Positions 29,032-39,542 of a stretch of DNA of 60,212 bases are shown in pieces. Every line of letters starts with the position of its first letter. The first letter of the stretch is position 1. Origin of the DNA: an uncultured Bacilli bacterium (GTDB lineage Bacteria > Bacillota_I > Bacilli_A > RF39 > UBA660); assembly GCA_910579535.1 (NCBI GenBank), contig CAJTUR010000004.1, positions 1 through 60,212 on the forward strand. The letters run 5' to 3'. Below the pieces are notes generated by a model. It worked only from the letters and a program-made list of their open reading frames with translations. It had not been told where the DNA came from and did not search any database. The translations under genes were made by a program, and so were the position numbers.

Positions 29032-31566
29032 ATGAAACGTTTAGAAGTCGATAAAGAAAAATTAAGTCCTGGCATGCGTCAGTACTACGATATAAAAGAA
29101 GAACACCAAGAGGAGCTCTTGTTTTTTCGTTTAGGGGATTTTTATGAACTCTTTTTTGAAGATGGAGAAACCGCAGCTCGAGAGCTTGAACTAACTTTAA
29201 CCAGTAAAAATGCTGGATTAGAAGAAAGAGTACCCATGTGTGGCGTACCCTTTCATTCTGTAAAACCTTACATTGAAAAACTTGTAAATAAAGGATATAA
29301 AATCGCGATTTGTGAGCAATTAGAAGACCCCAAAAACACCAAAGGAATGGTAAAACGCGGTGTCGTTGAAGTCATAAGCAAAGGAACCATTGTAGATTCA
29401 GAACTCTTAAGTGAACACGAAAACAACTACATAGCGAGTATTCTAGACTACTCATTTGTCTATTCTTTATGTTACGCGGACATTTCAACCGGTGAAATTA
29501 ACATTATGAACGTTGAACACAACCAAGAAAAACTCTTAAATGAGATTTTAAATTTAAAAATAAAAGAAGTCGTACTAAAAGAAAACAATGACCCTGAATT
29601 CATTGGCTTATTAAAATCAAATTACAACATTGAAGTCACCTTTTCAAAAGAAGTCTATGAAGAAAAAATAGAATTAGTAGAAGAAATCGAAGACATACGT
29701 TTTAAAGAAAGTGTGAAGCATTTACTTTATTATCTCATTGTCAAAGAATTAAAAGACATTACTCACATAAAAAAAGTCAACATATTAAATAAAAACGATT
29801 ATTTAGACATGGACGTGCATACCATTCGCAACTTAGAAATATTTGAAACCCTTCGGTTAAAAGAAAGGACATATTCTTTAATATGGCTTCTTGACAAAAC
29901 CAAAACCAGTATGGGAAGTCGTAAATTAAAAGATTTTTTAATGCATCCTTTAAAAAACAAAGAGGCAATCAACAAGCGATACGATAAAATCGAAAAATTA
30001 AACACAGAATTTATTTTAAAAGACGAATTAAGAGCGGCTTTATATAACATTTATGACATTGAAAGACTTTGTGGAAAAATCGCTAACAATTCCATTAATG
30101 CCCGAGACTTGTTGCAATTAAAAAACAGTTTACAAGTCTTACCAAATCTAAAAGATATTGCAAAAAAGCTAGGTTTTACGTATAAAATTGAAACCTTTCA
30201 AGACCTCTATGACCTACTTGAAAACGCCATTTATGAAGAACCACCCGTTACGATTAAAGAAGGTTCTTTAATAAAAAGTGGATTCAATAAGGAACTCGAT
30301 GAATTAAAAAGCATACGTAAAAATGGCAAAAATTTTATAGCTGAATTTGAAAATACTTTAAAAAGTAGCACCAACATTAAAAATCTAAAAGTAGGGTATA
30401 ATCGTGTTTTTGGTTATTACATTGAAGTCTCTAAAGGTCAAGTCGGTCTGGTTACCGAGGATTTAAAATGGGAAAGAAGACAAACTCTAACCAACTGTGA
30501 ACGCTTTATTTCTCCAGAACTTAAAGAAAAAGAAGCCTTAATCCTAAATGCTGAGGAAAAAATCATTGAATTAGAATACAAGTTATTTAATGAAATCAAA
30601 GAAAAGATTAAAAAGAGTTTAACCGATTTAAAAGATACCGCAGAAGTAATAAGTGAATTGGATGCCATAACCAGTCTAGCGGTATGTGCTGAGGAATACC
30701 ATTTCATTCGTCCTACTTTAAATGAAGAACATAAAATAGAAATTAAGGATGGTTTTCATCCTGTTATTGAACGAGTGAGCAATCATGCGTATGTTAGAAA
30801 CGATTGTTTAATGTCTAAAAACGTCAATACCCTTTTAATTACTGGTCCAAATATGAGTGGAAAATCGACCTTCATGCGTCAATTAGCCATTATTGTTCTT
30901 CTAGCTCAAATTGGTTCTTATGTTCCCGCAACCAGTGCCACTTTGCCCATTATAGATAAAATTTTTACACGTATTGGAGCCAGTGATGACTTAGTAAGTG
31001 GAGAATCTACCTTTATGGTTGAAATGAAAGAAGCCAAAAACGCCATTTTAAACGCTACCGAAAACAGTCTTATTTTATTTGATGAATTAGGGCGAGGCAC
31101 GTCAACTTACGATGGAATGAGTTTAGCAGAAGCCATTTTAGAATATGTCAATACCCATATAAAATGTAAAACCCTTTTTTCAACCCACTATCATGAACTA
31201 ACCCAAATTGAAAAAAGATTTCCCAACATAAAAAACGTTCATGTCTCCGCGAAAGAAGAAAATGGAACCATTACTTTTTTGCATAAAATAAAAGAGGGGG
31301 CTGTAGATAAATCTTATGGAATTCATGTGGCAAAATTATCAGGAATGCCTGAAGAATTAATAAATAGAGCCAGTGAAATTTTAAAAGTATATGAAGAAGG
31401 AAAAAAGACAATAGAAAGACCAAACATTCAATTAGAAATGCAATTTGAAACGAGTGAAAAAGACACCATAAAAGAATTTATGGAAGAAGTGGACCCCTTA
31501 AACCTAACGCCACTTGAAGCCATCAATAAACTTTATGAATTAAAAGAATTAATAAAAGGAGGATAA
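29032..31566 (+). CDS. mutS: DNA mismatch repair protein MutS
   Basis: MRQYYDIKEEH, FFRLGDFYELFFEDG, GPNMSGKSTFMRQ, DELGRGTSTYDG. Start moved to ATG 29032. Confidence 0.95.
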   Translation: MKRLEVDKEKLSPGMRQYYDIKEEHQEELLFFRLGDFYELFFEDGETAARELELTLTSKNAGLEERVPMCGVPFHSVKPYIEKLVNKGYKIAICEQLEDPKNTKGMVKRGVVEVISKGTIVDSELLSEHENNYIASILDYSFVYSLCYADISTGEINIMNVEHNQEKLLNEILNLKIKEVVLKENNDPEFIGLLKSNYNIEVTFSKEVYEEKIELVEEIEDIRFKESVKHLLYYLIVKELKDITHIKKVNILNKNDYLDMDVHTIRNLEIFETLRLKERTYSLIWLLDKTKTSMGSRKLKDFLMHPLKNKEAINKRYDKIEKLNTEFILKDELRAALYNIYDIERLCGKIANNSINARDLLQLKNSLQVLPNLKDIAKKLGFTYKIETFQDLYDLLENAIYEEPPVTIKEGSLIKSGFNKELDELKSIRKNGKNFIAEFENTLKSSTNIKNLKVGYNRVFGYYIEVSKGQVGLVTEDLKWERRQTLTNCERFISPELKEKEALILNAEEKIIELEYKLFNEIKEKIKKSLTDLKDTAEVISELDAITSLAVCAEEYHFIRPTLNEEHKIEIKDGFHPVIERVSNHAYVRNDCLMSKNVNTLLITGPNMSGKSTFMRQLAIIVLLAQIGSYVPATSATLPIIDKIFTRIGASDDLVSGESTFMVEMKEAKNAILNATENSLILFDELGRGTSTYDGMSLAEAILEYVNTHIKCKTLFSTHYHELTQIEKRFPNIKNVHVSAKEENGTITFLHKIKEGAVDKSYGIHVAKLSGMPEELINRASEILKVYEEGKKTIERPNIQLEMQFETSEKDTIKEFMEEVDPLNLTPLEAINKLYELKELIKGG

Positions 31567-31569
31567 AAA

Positions 31570-32040
31570 TTGTTTAAAAAGAAGAAAAAAGAGGAAATAG
31601 AAAAGTATCAAATTGAATATCTAGATGTGCTAACAAATTTAAATAATAGCTCAATCACAGAAGAAGAAATTGCGGCCTTTAAAATAAAAGTAGGAAGAAA
31701 TCCCGACTTAAAAAAGGTGTACACGGCATACTTAAAACTTCAAAAAAAGCTATTAGTTAAAATGAGTAAATTAAATCAAGAAGAGGAAAAAAAGGACTAC
31801 GAAAGAAAAATTGAAGAAATCACTTTTCTTTTGAAAGAATTAACTGAAATGATTATTGCCGATCATAATCAGCGCTATTATAAAAAGAAAAAAGCATGGT
31901 TAGAGAGTAATTTAAGTGAAGAAGAATTAGAAGAATTATTAAAAATTTATCATCAAAAAGAAATAGGGGAAAAAGAAACTAAAAAAACAAAAGAACCGAT
32001 TCGAAAAAGGAAAAAAGGCAAAACAAATAGAAGAAGGTAA
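31570..32040 (+). CDS. hypothetical highly charged protein with Lys/Arg-rich tail
   Basis: TTG start 3 nt after the mutS stop; AAAGGAGG RBS lies inside the mutS 3' end (31556-63). 156 aa, helical and charged; C-terminus KKTKEPIRKRKKGKTNRRR. Confidence 0.6.
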   Translation: MFKKKKKEEIEKYQIEYLDVLTNLNNSSITEEEIAAFKIKVGRNPDLKKVYTAYLKLQKKLLVKMSKLNQEEEKKDYERKIEEITFLLKELTEMIIADHNQRYYKKKKAWLESNLSEEELEELLKIYHQKEIGEKETKKTKEPIRKRKKGKTNRRR

Positions 32041-32071
32041 AAAAACTTGTTTTTTTGAAAGGGGGATAAAC

Positions 32072-32920
32072 ATGACAATATCAAAAAAAGAAGTATTAGA
32101 ATTAGTAAAAGTTTTAAATGAAAGAATAACCAATCTCACTATAAATAAAAAAATTAACGTAGAAAACATCGGCCGTATTTTTAATAATAAATTAAACGAA
32201 TTAAATCGCTATTATGAAAAAAGAAATCAATCTTTCTATGAAGGGTCCTTTGTCGGTTCAAGTATTTTAGAATATTTCTGTCTGTTAATAGAAGAAGGAA
32301 CACAAAATATAGCAAGTTATTGTATGAGAAAAGAAGCAAAAAATTTAAAAAGATATCAAGAACTCTGTAATAAAATCTTTGAATTTGATATAGAAAAAGA
32401 CTTAATCGAGGCTTTAACCGTTTGTATTGTAAAAGACGGATGTAAGAGTAATAACGCTTATTATTATAAAATAAACCCTCAAACTAGAAAAAGGTACAAC
32501 GATGAAATGCAAGCTTTAGGTTACACGAAAACGATAGAAACCCTTCTAATAGAAGTGAAAATGGAGCAAGTCATTAATGAAATACAAGAAAAATACAGTC
32601 CAAGAACGCCTAAAATCGCTTTATCTTTATTAAATCAACTCACATTTTATGCGAATCGAATGACTAAAGCATTTGAAAAATTAGACTTAGTAACTATGGA
32701 AAGGTATAGAGAAAAAATTATTTCATTTGAAATTTTAAATGAAGTAGAAGAAAGCCTTATTTATGTGTTTACAGAAGTATTAAAAGTCGAAGATTTAAAA
32801 ACAAATCTAGAATGGCAAGAAACCAAAAAAGAATTAATTTTACTAGGTTTACATGCCTTGATTCCGCAAATTGAAGCAAGAATCATGACTGGTCTAAAAA
32901 GAGAAGTCATTAAAAATTAG
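32072..32920 (+). CDS. hypothetical (predicted helical) protein
   Basis: 282-aa ORF with GGGGGA RBS. No GHKL (MutL) or other motif recognised. Confidence 0.6.
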   Translation: MTISKKEVLELVKVLNERITNLTINKKINVENIGRIFNNKLNELNRYYEKRNQSFYEGSFVGSSILEYFCLLIEEGTQNIASYCMRKEAKNLKRYQELCNKIFEFDIEKDLIEALTVCIVKDGCKSNNAYYYKINPQTRKRYNDEMQALGYTKTIETLLIEVKMEQVINEIQEKYSPRTPKIALSLLNQLTFYANRMTKAFEKLDLVTMERYREKIISFEILNEVEESLIYVFTEVLKVEDLKTNLEWQETKKELILLGLHALIPQIEARIMTGLKREVIKN

Positions 32921-32962
32921 TTTTTTCATTCATTTTATGATATACTTAGTTTGGTGATAATA

Positions 32963-33358
32963 ATGACTTTAAAAAGAAGCGAATTAAGAGAAAAATGTAT
33001 GATTATTTTATACCAATACGACATTCTAAAAAATACTAAATTAACGCCGAATATTGATGAAATCATTAAAGAAAATATGGAAATTGAAAATGAATTTGTA
33101 AAAGACATCGTCTACGGTGTCTTGACTCATCAAAATGAGTTGGACACTTTAGCCAACACCCATATTAAAGATTGGACCATTGACCGTTTAGATAAAACAG
33201 GGGCTTCTATTTTAAGAATGGCCTTATTTGAACTTAAGTACACCGACACACCAGAAATTGTAGTCATTAACGAAGCTATAGAATTATCCAAAAAATACAG
33301 TGACGATGCGGTAAGAAAAATTATAAATGCTGTTTTAGACAAAATCATAAGAGAGTAG
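32963..33358 (+). CDS. nusB: transcription antitermination factor NusB
   Basis: RSELREKCMIILYQYD ... DRLDKTGASILRMALFEL ... VVINEAIELSKKY pattern. Confidence 0.85.
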   Translation: MTLKRSELREKCMIILYQYDILKNTKLTPNIDEIIKENMEIENEFVKDIVYGVLTHQNELDTLANTHIKDWTIDRLDKTGASILRMALFELKYTDTPEIVVINEAIELSKKYSDDAVRKIINAVLDKIIRE

Positions 33359-33370
33359 TAGTAGAAATTT

Positions 33371-34708
33371 ATGGAAAATGAAAAATACATTAAAATTAGT
33401 GAACTAAATGAATACATAAAAGTGATGTTTGATGAAAACACTTTTTTTCATCGTATCTATTTAAAAGGAGAAATTTCAAACTTTAAAAATCATACAAGAG
33501 GCCACTTGTATTTTACATTAAAAGATGAAGAATCTAGAATTAGTGCGGTGATGTTTTTTAATAACGCTCGATTGCTTAATTTCATTCCTGAAGATGGAAT
33601 GAATGTTTTAGTTAGTGGGCGTATTTCTTCCTATCCCGCTCAAGGAACCTATCAAATTTATGTGGAAACGATGGAAAAAGATGGTTTAGGCAATCTTTTC
33701 GTCGAATATGAAAAACTAAAGAAAAAATTAGAATTAGAAGGCCTTTTTAGTCAAGAACATAAAAAAATTATTCCCAAATACCCTAGAAAAATTGGGGTAA
33801 TCACCGCTCCTACAGGTGCAGCCATTCGAGACATTTTAAGCACCATTAAAAGAAGATACCCCATTGCAGAGGTCATTTTGTTCCCTTCATTAGTGCAAGG
33901 CGCTTCCGCCGCTCCAGAAATCGTTTCTCAAATCAAAAAAGCCAATACGTACGATTTAGACGTTTTAATATGTGGAAGGGGAGGTGGATCGATTGAAGAC
34001 TTATGGGCCTTTAACGAAGAAAGTGTCGCACGAGCCATTTTTGCCTCAACCGTTCCAATTATTAGTGCAGTAGGGCATGAAGTTGATTTTACCATAGCGG
34101 ACTTTGTAGCAGACTTAAGAGCGCCAACACCCACAGGGGCCGCTGAAATGGCGGTACCCACCACCTTAGATTTAATAAACCTAATCGATGAGAAAAAATT
34201 AAGATTAAATGCTTTATTAAGCCATACCTTAAAAATAAAAAATCAACAATTAGAACACTTAAAAAACAGCTTTGTATTAAAAAATCCTATGGTGCTGTAT
34301 GAATTAAAAGAACAAAAACTAGACCGTTTATTAGAACAATTAAACAAAAGCATTAAAACTCAAATCAATAAAGCAGAAACAAAATTTGAAGCCATCAAAA
34401 ACAATTACATATTAAAAAATCCCTTAAAAATGTATGAAAAATATCAAAATGATTTAAGGAAAAATGAAATGTGTTTAAAAAACAGTATTCAAATGATTTT
34501 AGAAAATAAGAAACATCAACAAGAAATGATGATAAATACTTTAAAATTAGTAAATCCTTTAAATATATTAGAAAAAGGATACAGTGTCACAACAAAAAAT
34601 GGTGAAATCATAAAAGACGCAAGTAAGCTAAAAGGTAATGAGACCATTGACATTCAATTTAGAAAAGGCCGTATTAAAGCGGTAGTGAAGGAAGGTAGTT
34701 ATGAATAA
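33371..34708 (+). CDS. xseA: exodeoxyribonuclease VII large subunit
   Basis: N-terminal OB (GEISNFKNHTRGHLYFTLKD), ITAPTGAAIRD, GRGGGSIEDLWAFN, GHEVDFTIADFVAD. Confidence 0.9.
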   Translation: MENEKYIKISELNEYIKVMFDENTFFHRIYLKGEISNFKNHTRGHLYFTLKDEESRISAVMFFNNARLLNFIPEDGMNVLVSGRISSYPAQGTYQIYVETMEKDGLGNLFVEYEKLKKKLELEGLFSQEHKKIIPKYPRKIGVITAPTGAAIRDILSTIKRRYPIAEVILFPSLVQGASAAPEIVSQIKKANTYDLDVLICGRGGGSIEDLWAFNEESVARAIFASTVPIISAVGHEVDFTIADFVADLRAPTPTGAAEMAVPTTLDLINLIDEKKLRLNALLSHTLKIKNQQLEHLKNSFVLKNPMVLYELKEQKLDRLLEQLNKSIKTQINKAETKFEAIKNNYILKNPLKMYEKYQNDLRKNEMCLKNSIQMILENKKHQQEMMINTLKLVNPLNILEKGYSVTTKNGEIIKDASKLKGNETIDIQFRKGRIKAVVKEGSYE

Positions 34709-34928
34709 TAATATAAGTTTTGAAGAATCATTAGAAAAATTGGAAAGCATCGTAAAAGAACTTGAAAGTGGCAACATCGAGCTTGACCATGCTATAGATA
34801 AATACACTGAAGCCATGAAATTAGTGAGTGTATGTAGTGATAAATTAAAAAACGCCACAGAACAAGTTAATAAAATTTTAAATGCAAACGATGAACTCAT
34901 CCCTTTTGAAATAAATGAAAGTGAATAG
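34701..34928 (+). CDS. xseB: exodeoxyribonuclease VII small subunit
   Basis: 75 aa; SFEESLEKLESIVKELESG pattern; overlaps the xseA stop. Confidence 0.85.
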   Translation: MNNNISFEESLEKLESIVKELESGNIELDHAIDKYTEAMKLVSVCSDKLKNATEQVNKILNANDELIPFEINESE

Positions 34929-34936
34929 GTGATAAT

Positions 34937-36361
34937 ATGACAAGCGAAAATAAAAAAATAACCTCTCGAGACGTTGATTTTGCCACATGGTATAACGATA
35001 TTTTGATGAATGCCGATTTAATTGACTACACAAATGTTAAAGGAAGCATGATTATTCGTCCTTATGGCTATGCTATTTGGGAAAACATTCAAAGTATTTT
35101 AGATAAGGAATTTAAACGAACAGGACATAAAAATATTCAAATGCCCATGTTTATTCCCGAAAGTTTATTAAATGTAGAAAAAGAACATGTGGAGGGTTTT
35201 GCTCCTGAAGTCGCTTGGGTAACACAAGGGGGAAGTGAACCCTTAGAAGAAAGAATGTGCGTTCGTCCTACCAGTGAAGTTTTATTTTGTGAGCACTTTA
35301 AAAAAATTATTAAGTCTTATCGGGACTTACCTCTTTTGTATAATCAGTGGTGTACCATCGTTCGTTGGGAAAAAACAACCCGTCCTTTTTTAAGAAGTCG
35401 TGAAATCTTATGGCAAGAAGGACACACAATGCATGAAACGGAACAGGAAGCAAGAGAAGAAACCAAACGTATGTTTAAAATCTATGAAGATTTTCAAAGA
35501 AACGTTTTAGCTCTTCCTGTTATTGTTGGAAGAAAAACAGAAAAAGAAAAATTTTCAGGAGCCGTTGAAACCTACACCATTGAAGCCATGATGTACGATG
35601 GAGTAGCCTTACAAAATGGAACCAGCCATTACTTTGGGCAAGGTTTTGCTTCCGCTTTTGGTATTGAATACTTAAATAAAGAAAACAAGTTAGTCACGCC
35701 ATACCAAACCAGTTGGGGTGTCTCAACACGTATGATAGGAGCTATTATTATGACCCATAGTGATGATCATGGGCTGGTTTTACCACCTAAAATTGCCCCT
35801 ATAAAAGTAGCTATCATTCCAATTGGAACCAATGAAGAAGTCTTAAAAAAAGCAAGTGAAATAAAAGAAAACTTAGAAAAAGAAGGCATCACTTGTCTTT
35901 TAGACGATTCAAGTAAATCCCCAGGCTTTAAATTTGCCGAAGCGGAAGTAAAAGGCTACCCAATTCGTTTAGAAATTGGCATGCGAGACTTAGAAAAAAA
36001 CGTCCTAACCTTAGTTCGAAGAGATACCCTTGAAAAACAAGAAATTCATTTAGATGAAGTAGTGATTGAAGTAAAAGAAAACTTAGAAACAATCCAAGAA
36101 AATCTTTATAACCGCGCTTTAGAAAGAAGAAACGCCATGCTTTACGAAGCAAAAAATTATGATGAATTTAAAGAACTAGCTCAAAATAAATCAGGTTTTA
36201 TAAAAATCAATTGGTGTGGAAAAGAAGCTTGCGAATTAAAAATAAAAGAAGACACAGGTTTAAAATCACGTTGTATTCTGGAAAACGAAGCACCAAACGG
36301 TCCTTGTATTTGTTGTAAAGAAGAAGGAAAACACAAAATTTATTTTGGACGTCAATATTAA
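34937..36361 (+). CDS. proS: prolyl-tRNA synthetase, archaeal/eukaryote-like short form
   Basis: 474 aa; class II motifs (IRPYGYAIWE, VRWE, GTSHYFGQ), no INS editing domain, C-terminal Cys cluster ending ...GRQY. Confidence 0.9.
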   Translation: MTSENKKITSRDVDFATWYNDILMNADLIDYTNVKGSMIIRPYGYAIWENIQSILDKEFKRTGHKNIQMPMFIPESLLNVEKEHVEGFAPEVAWVTQGGSEPLEERMCVRPTSEVLFCEHFKKIIKSYRDLPLLYNQWCTIVRWEKTTRPFLRSREILWQEGHTMHETEQEAREETKRMFKIYEDFQRNVLALPVIVGRKTEKEKFSGAVETYTIEAMMYDGVALQNGTSHYFGQGFASAFGIEYLNKENKLVTPYQTSWGVSTRMIGAIIMTHSDDHGLVLPPKIAPIKVAIIPIGTNEEVLKKASEIKENLEKEGITCLLDDSSKSPGFKFAEAEVKGYPIRLEIGMRDLEKNVLTLVRRDTLEKQEIHLDEVVIEVKENLETIQENLYNRALERRNAMLYEAKNYDEFKELAQNKSGFIKINWCGKEACELKIKEDTGLKSRCILENEAPNGPCICCKEEGKHKIYFGRQY

Positions 36362-36383
36362 AAAGAAAAGGCAGCCTTTCTTT

Positions 36384-37172
36384 TTAAATGATTTCAAACT
36401 TAGTCTTTAAAAACTCTTTTTCATGAATGTACTTTTCTTTCTCCTTAAAAAAATGAAGCGTTTCTTTCTTTAAAACATAAGTATCTTGTAAAGCATTGTG
36501 CTCAATTTTTTTGTATGAAAAGCGATGCAAATACCGCTCTAAAAGAAATTTATTCTGAATCAAATTTTTATCACGAAAACTAATCAAGGTCTTGCCAATT
36601 AAAAAGGAAACGATAATATAATTATTTAAATTACATTTTATATTAATCAAAAGAAACACCCCAATAAAAAAACAGGAAATGTAATTCATAACAACCAAAG
36701 AGCGATAAAAAGGTAACCATTTTTGCAACAACAATTGAAGAATTTCTCCGCCATCTAAAGGTCGTATAGGAAGAAGATTAAAAAATAGAATGGATTGATT
36801 ATACATTTGAAACAAAGAAAACGTATTGTCATGAATCCAATTTTTTTTAAATAAAAAATAAAAAACTAAAAACAAAAGAAGCTGGAAGAAAACACCCCCA
36901 AAATAAATAATTAAATCTTTATTAATAGGAGAATTGATGTATTTATTAGTGGTGGTGACACCCCCAAATGGATAGATTTCAATCTTCTCGACTTCATAAG
37001 AAAAAAAGTTTAAAAAAAAGAAATGCCCAAACTCATGTACTACTACAATTAAAAAAATAAGTAAAATATTTTTTATAAAACCCGTTAATAGAAAACTTAA
37101 AAAAATCAAATACGTTAAAGAATTAATTTTAAACTTAGGAAAGATAGTTTTCATAACCAATATTTTTTCCAT
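36384..37172 (-). CDS. spoIVFB: M50 site-2 metalloprotease, SpoIVFB-like
   Basis: Polytopic membrane protein with HEFGHFF (HExxH) and NLLPIRPLDGG (NxxPxxxLDG). Follows a SpoIVFA-like gene as in Bacillus. Confidence 0.75.
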   Translation of the reverse strand: MEKILVMKTIFPKFKINSLTYLIFLSFLLTGFIKNILLIFLIVVVHEFGHFFFLNFFSYEVEKIEIYPFGGVTTTNKYINSPINKDLIIYFGGVFFQLLLFLVFYFLFKKNWIHDNTFSLFQMYNQSILFFNLLPIRPLDGGEILQLLLQKWLPFYRSLVVMNYISCFFIGVFLLINIKCNLNNYIIVSFLIGKTLISFRDKNLIQNKFLLERYLHRFSYKKIEHNALQDTYVLKKETLHFFKEKEKYIHEKEFLKTKFEII

Positions 37173-37764
37173 CCTCTATAAAGGTAAGAATCGGCTTATT
37201 TTCTTTAAACTGACCAATAATGGTATTTTTCTCAACATAATCATAAATCGTTCCATTAAAATTTTCTAAATTAGAATACCAAATATCTGTGCCATCAATC
37301 CCTTGAACAATCACCGTTTTTCCTAAGTTTTCTTTTTCACCAATAAAAACAATAATTCCGCTTTCTAAATAGTTAAAAGCATTTGTATTTAAAGTTAATA
37401 AATAAGAATGATCAAGATAAGGAGTAATTTTATCGGTTAGCGTTTCCTTAGAGTCAAAAACAGGAGTAGTTTTAGCAACTTTATCGGGCAAAATATCTCC
37501 AAAATACTTTGCATAGAGATTGTTAATCTCTGTAAATTTCAAATTTTCTTTAAAAAAAGAATGATTAAAACGAATGAGATTTTCATCGCTAATATTAATA
37601 TAAATAGCAAAAGCCAAAACCAAAATCACACTCAAAAGCGTTCGTGTAAACAACTGACTAATGTATTTCGATTGATTCGGATTACTCTTTTTTTTCTTAT
37701 TATTAAAAACAAGAGAATTTCTTTTATTTTTAATACGATTTTTAATCGTCATATACTCATCCAT
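37135..37764 (-). CDS. spoIVFA: SpoIVFA-like membrane protein with degenerate LytM/M23 domain
   Basis: Basic N-terminus, one TM helix, C-terminal GIIVFIGEKENLGKTVIVQGIDGTDIWYSNL without metal-binding His motifs. Overlaps the M50 gene by 38 nt. Confidence 0.6.
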   Translation of the reverse strand: MDEYMTIKNRIKNKRNSLVFNNKKKKSNPNQSKYISQLFTRTLLSVILVLAFAIYINISDENLIRFNHSFFKENLKFTEINNLYAKYFGDILPDKVAKTTPVFDSKETLTDKITPYLDHSYLLTLNTNAFNYLESGIIVFIGEKENLGKTVIVQGIDGTDIWYSNLENFNGTIYDYVEKNTIIGQFKENKPILTFIEDGKNIGYENYLS

Positions 37765-37775
37765 ATTTTCTCACC

Positions 37776-38156
37776 TTAGTAATGGTATGACAAAGAGTTG
37801 GATTTTAGACATTCAATTCGAAGAAAAAGTAAATCAATAAAAAAACCCCAAATATTAAATTCTAATTTTTGAAATAAAACAAAAACAAAAAGATGGTAGA
37901 GAACAAAAAGAAGACAAAAACGAAGCACAAGATAATAAAAAGAATGGGGAAGTTTAATAAAACGATTAAAAAAATGAAGCACTAAGAAGATAAAAAAATA
38001 GCGCAAATGAAAAGATAAAAGAAAGTCAATCATCAGAATCCAGATAAAAAAAAATTTAAAATCACGCTTTTCTAAAAGAGGAAGAAGGCAAAGATTGGTT
38101 TTAAAAGGGGTAAAATTATAAAAACAAATATCCAAAAGAAAATGAAGGTAAATCAT
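37776..38156 (-). CDS. mreD: rod-shape protein MreD (tentative)
   Basis: 126-aa polytopic membrane ORF overlapping the mreC stop by 4 nt. Called from position and hydrophobicity only. Confidence 0.5.
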   Translation of the reverse strand: MIYLHFLLDICFYNFTPFKTNLCLLPLLEKRDFKFFFIWILMIDFLLSFHLRYFFIFLVLHFFNRFIKLPHSFYYLVLRFCLLFVLYHLFVFVLFQKLEFNIWGFFIDLLFLRIECLKSNSLSYHY

Positions 38157-38821
38157 GAGTCACCTCTTAAATCCGTAATAATACTAATATAGTTTAAATC
38201 ATCAAAATGAACCGAAGGCTTAATTTTCAAGCGATGTTCAATCTGATAACGATCGGTTTCAATCGATTCAATTGAACCAATTAGCACATTTTCTGGATAA
38301 AGCGATAAATCACTTGTATACACTTGATCACCTATTGAAAGCGTATCACCAACTTTAATTCCTTCAACATAAAGTTCACGATTTTTACACTTCAATATGC
38401 CATAACTATCGTTTATTTTAACTGAAATAGACGTTTCATTATTTAAAAGAAGACGAACATGACTACTATGCTTATTGGTTTTAGAGACAACGCCCACAAG
38501 ACCTAAATCATTAATAACCAAATGATTTTTTTTTATATGGTCTTCTTCTCCTTTATAAATTATAATTTCATCTGACAACTGATACAGATTATGAATTAAA
38601 ATTTTAGAAGGTTCAATAGAATAGGGAATTGAATCCAAATAGCCATACGAATGGAGGAGTTCCTGTTCTTTTTTTTCTAAAGTGGTGTTTCTAGCATAAG
38701 TTACCATTTCTAATTCCGCCAGATAAAATTCTTTAGCGTACAAAAAATGATAGACTTCTTCTTTTAAAAGAAACGAGATAAAAATAAGAAGATAGAGAAG
38801 ATTTTTTCCTTTTTTAGTCAT
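38153..38821 (-). CDS. mreC: rod-shape protein MreC
   Basis: N-terminal TM and coiled coil, then beta-rich domain with DLGLVGVVSK and GDQVYTS motifs. Confidence 0.7.
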   Translation of the reverse strand: MTKKGKNLLYLLIFISFLLKEEVYHFLYAKEFYLAELEMVTYARNTTLEKKEQELLHSYGYLDSIPYSIEPSKILIHNLYQLSDEIIIYKGEEDHIKKNHLVINDLGLVGVVSKTNKHSSHVRLLLNNETSISVKINDSYGILKCKNRELYVEGIKVGDTLSIGDQVYTSDLSLYPENVLIGSIESIETDRYQIEHRLKIKPSVHFDDLNYISIITDLRGDS

Positions 38822-38861
38822 CGTCTTTCACCTACTAGTAGTATGGCTCAATTTTTTAAAA

Positions 38862-39542
38862 TTAAAGCATTTCATGGTCAAAAAAACTAAAATAATGGGT
38901 ATCACCAATAATTAAATGGTCCATTAAGGGGATTTTTAAAAGAAGACCAATTTCTTTAATTTGATGGGTAAACTCGATATCTTCTTGGCTAGGCATCACA
39001 TCATTAGTAGGGTGATTATGAATCAAAACAATTTTGACCGCACTATTTTTTATCGCCGCATTAAAAATTTCTCTTGGATGCGTAATGCTTTTATTTTGTG
39101 TGCCTATAAAAATCGTTTCATAATGAATCATTTGATTTTTGGTATTTAAAAACACACAAAAAAGTTTTTCCTGTTTACTATTTAAAATCTGTAAACGAAA
39201 AAACTGATAAATCTCTTCCGCATTGATAAATTTCTTTTTCTTAGAAGAAGAAGGGAGCGTCAACCGTTTACCTAATTCAATTGAAGCCAGTAACGTCACC
39301 GCTTTTGCTTCTTTAATTCCTTTAATTTTTATTAAATCTTGATAAGTTATACTATTTAATTCATAAAAAGAAGGAAGCGTTTTAATAAAACGAATAGCTA
39401 AATCTTTCACTGATTCTTCTTTATTACCTGTTTTTAAAATAATAGCAATCAACTCTTCATTCGATAAAGAAAAAACACCTCTTTGTTTTAGCTTCTCTCT
39501 AGGTCTTTCATCTATTGGTAAATCTTTAATTCGATAAGACAT
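38862..39542 (-). CDS. radC: RadC-family JAB-domain protein
   Basis: PREKLKQRGVFSLSNEELIAIILKTG, HhH region, HNHPTNDVMPSQEDIEFT (JAMM-like). Confidence 0.85.
   Translation of the reverse strand: MSYRIKDLPIDERPREKLKQRGVFSLSNEELIAIILKTGNKEESVKDLAIRFIKTLPSFYELNSITYQDLIKIKGIKEAKAVTLLASIELGKRLTLPSSSKKKKFINAEEIYQFFRLQILNSKQEKLFCVFLNTKNQMIHYETIFIGTQNKSITHPREIFNAAIKNSAVKIVLIHNHPTNDVMPSQEDIEFTHQIKEIGLLLKIPLMDHLIIGDTHYFSFFDHEML

Noticed and set aside
37561-37779. 72-aa plus-strand ORF inside the spoIVFA-like gene.
   Set aside because: It is antisense to a motif-supported CDS and has no RBS.
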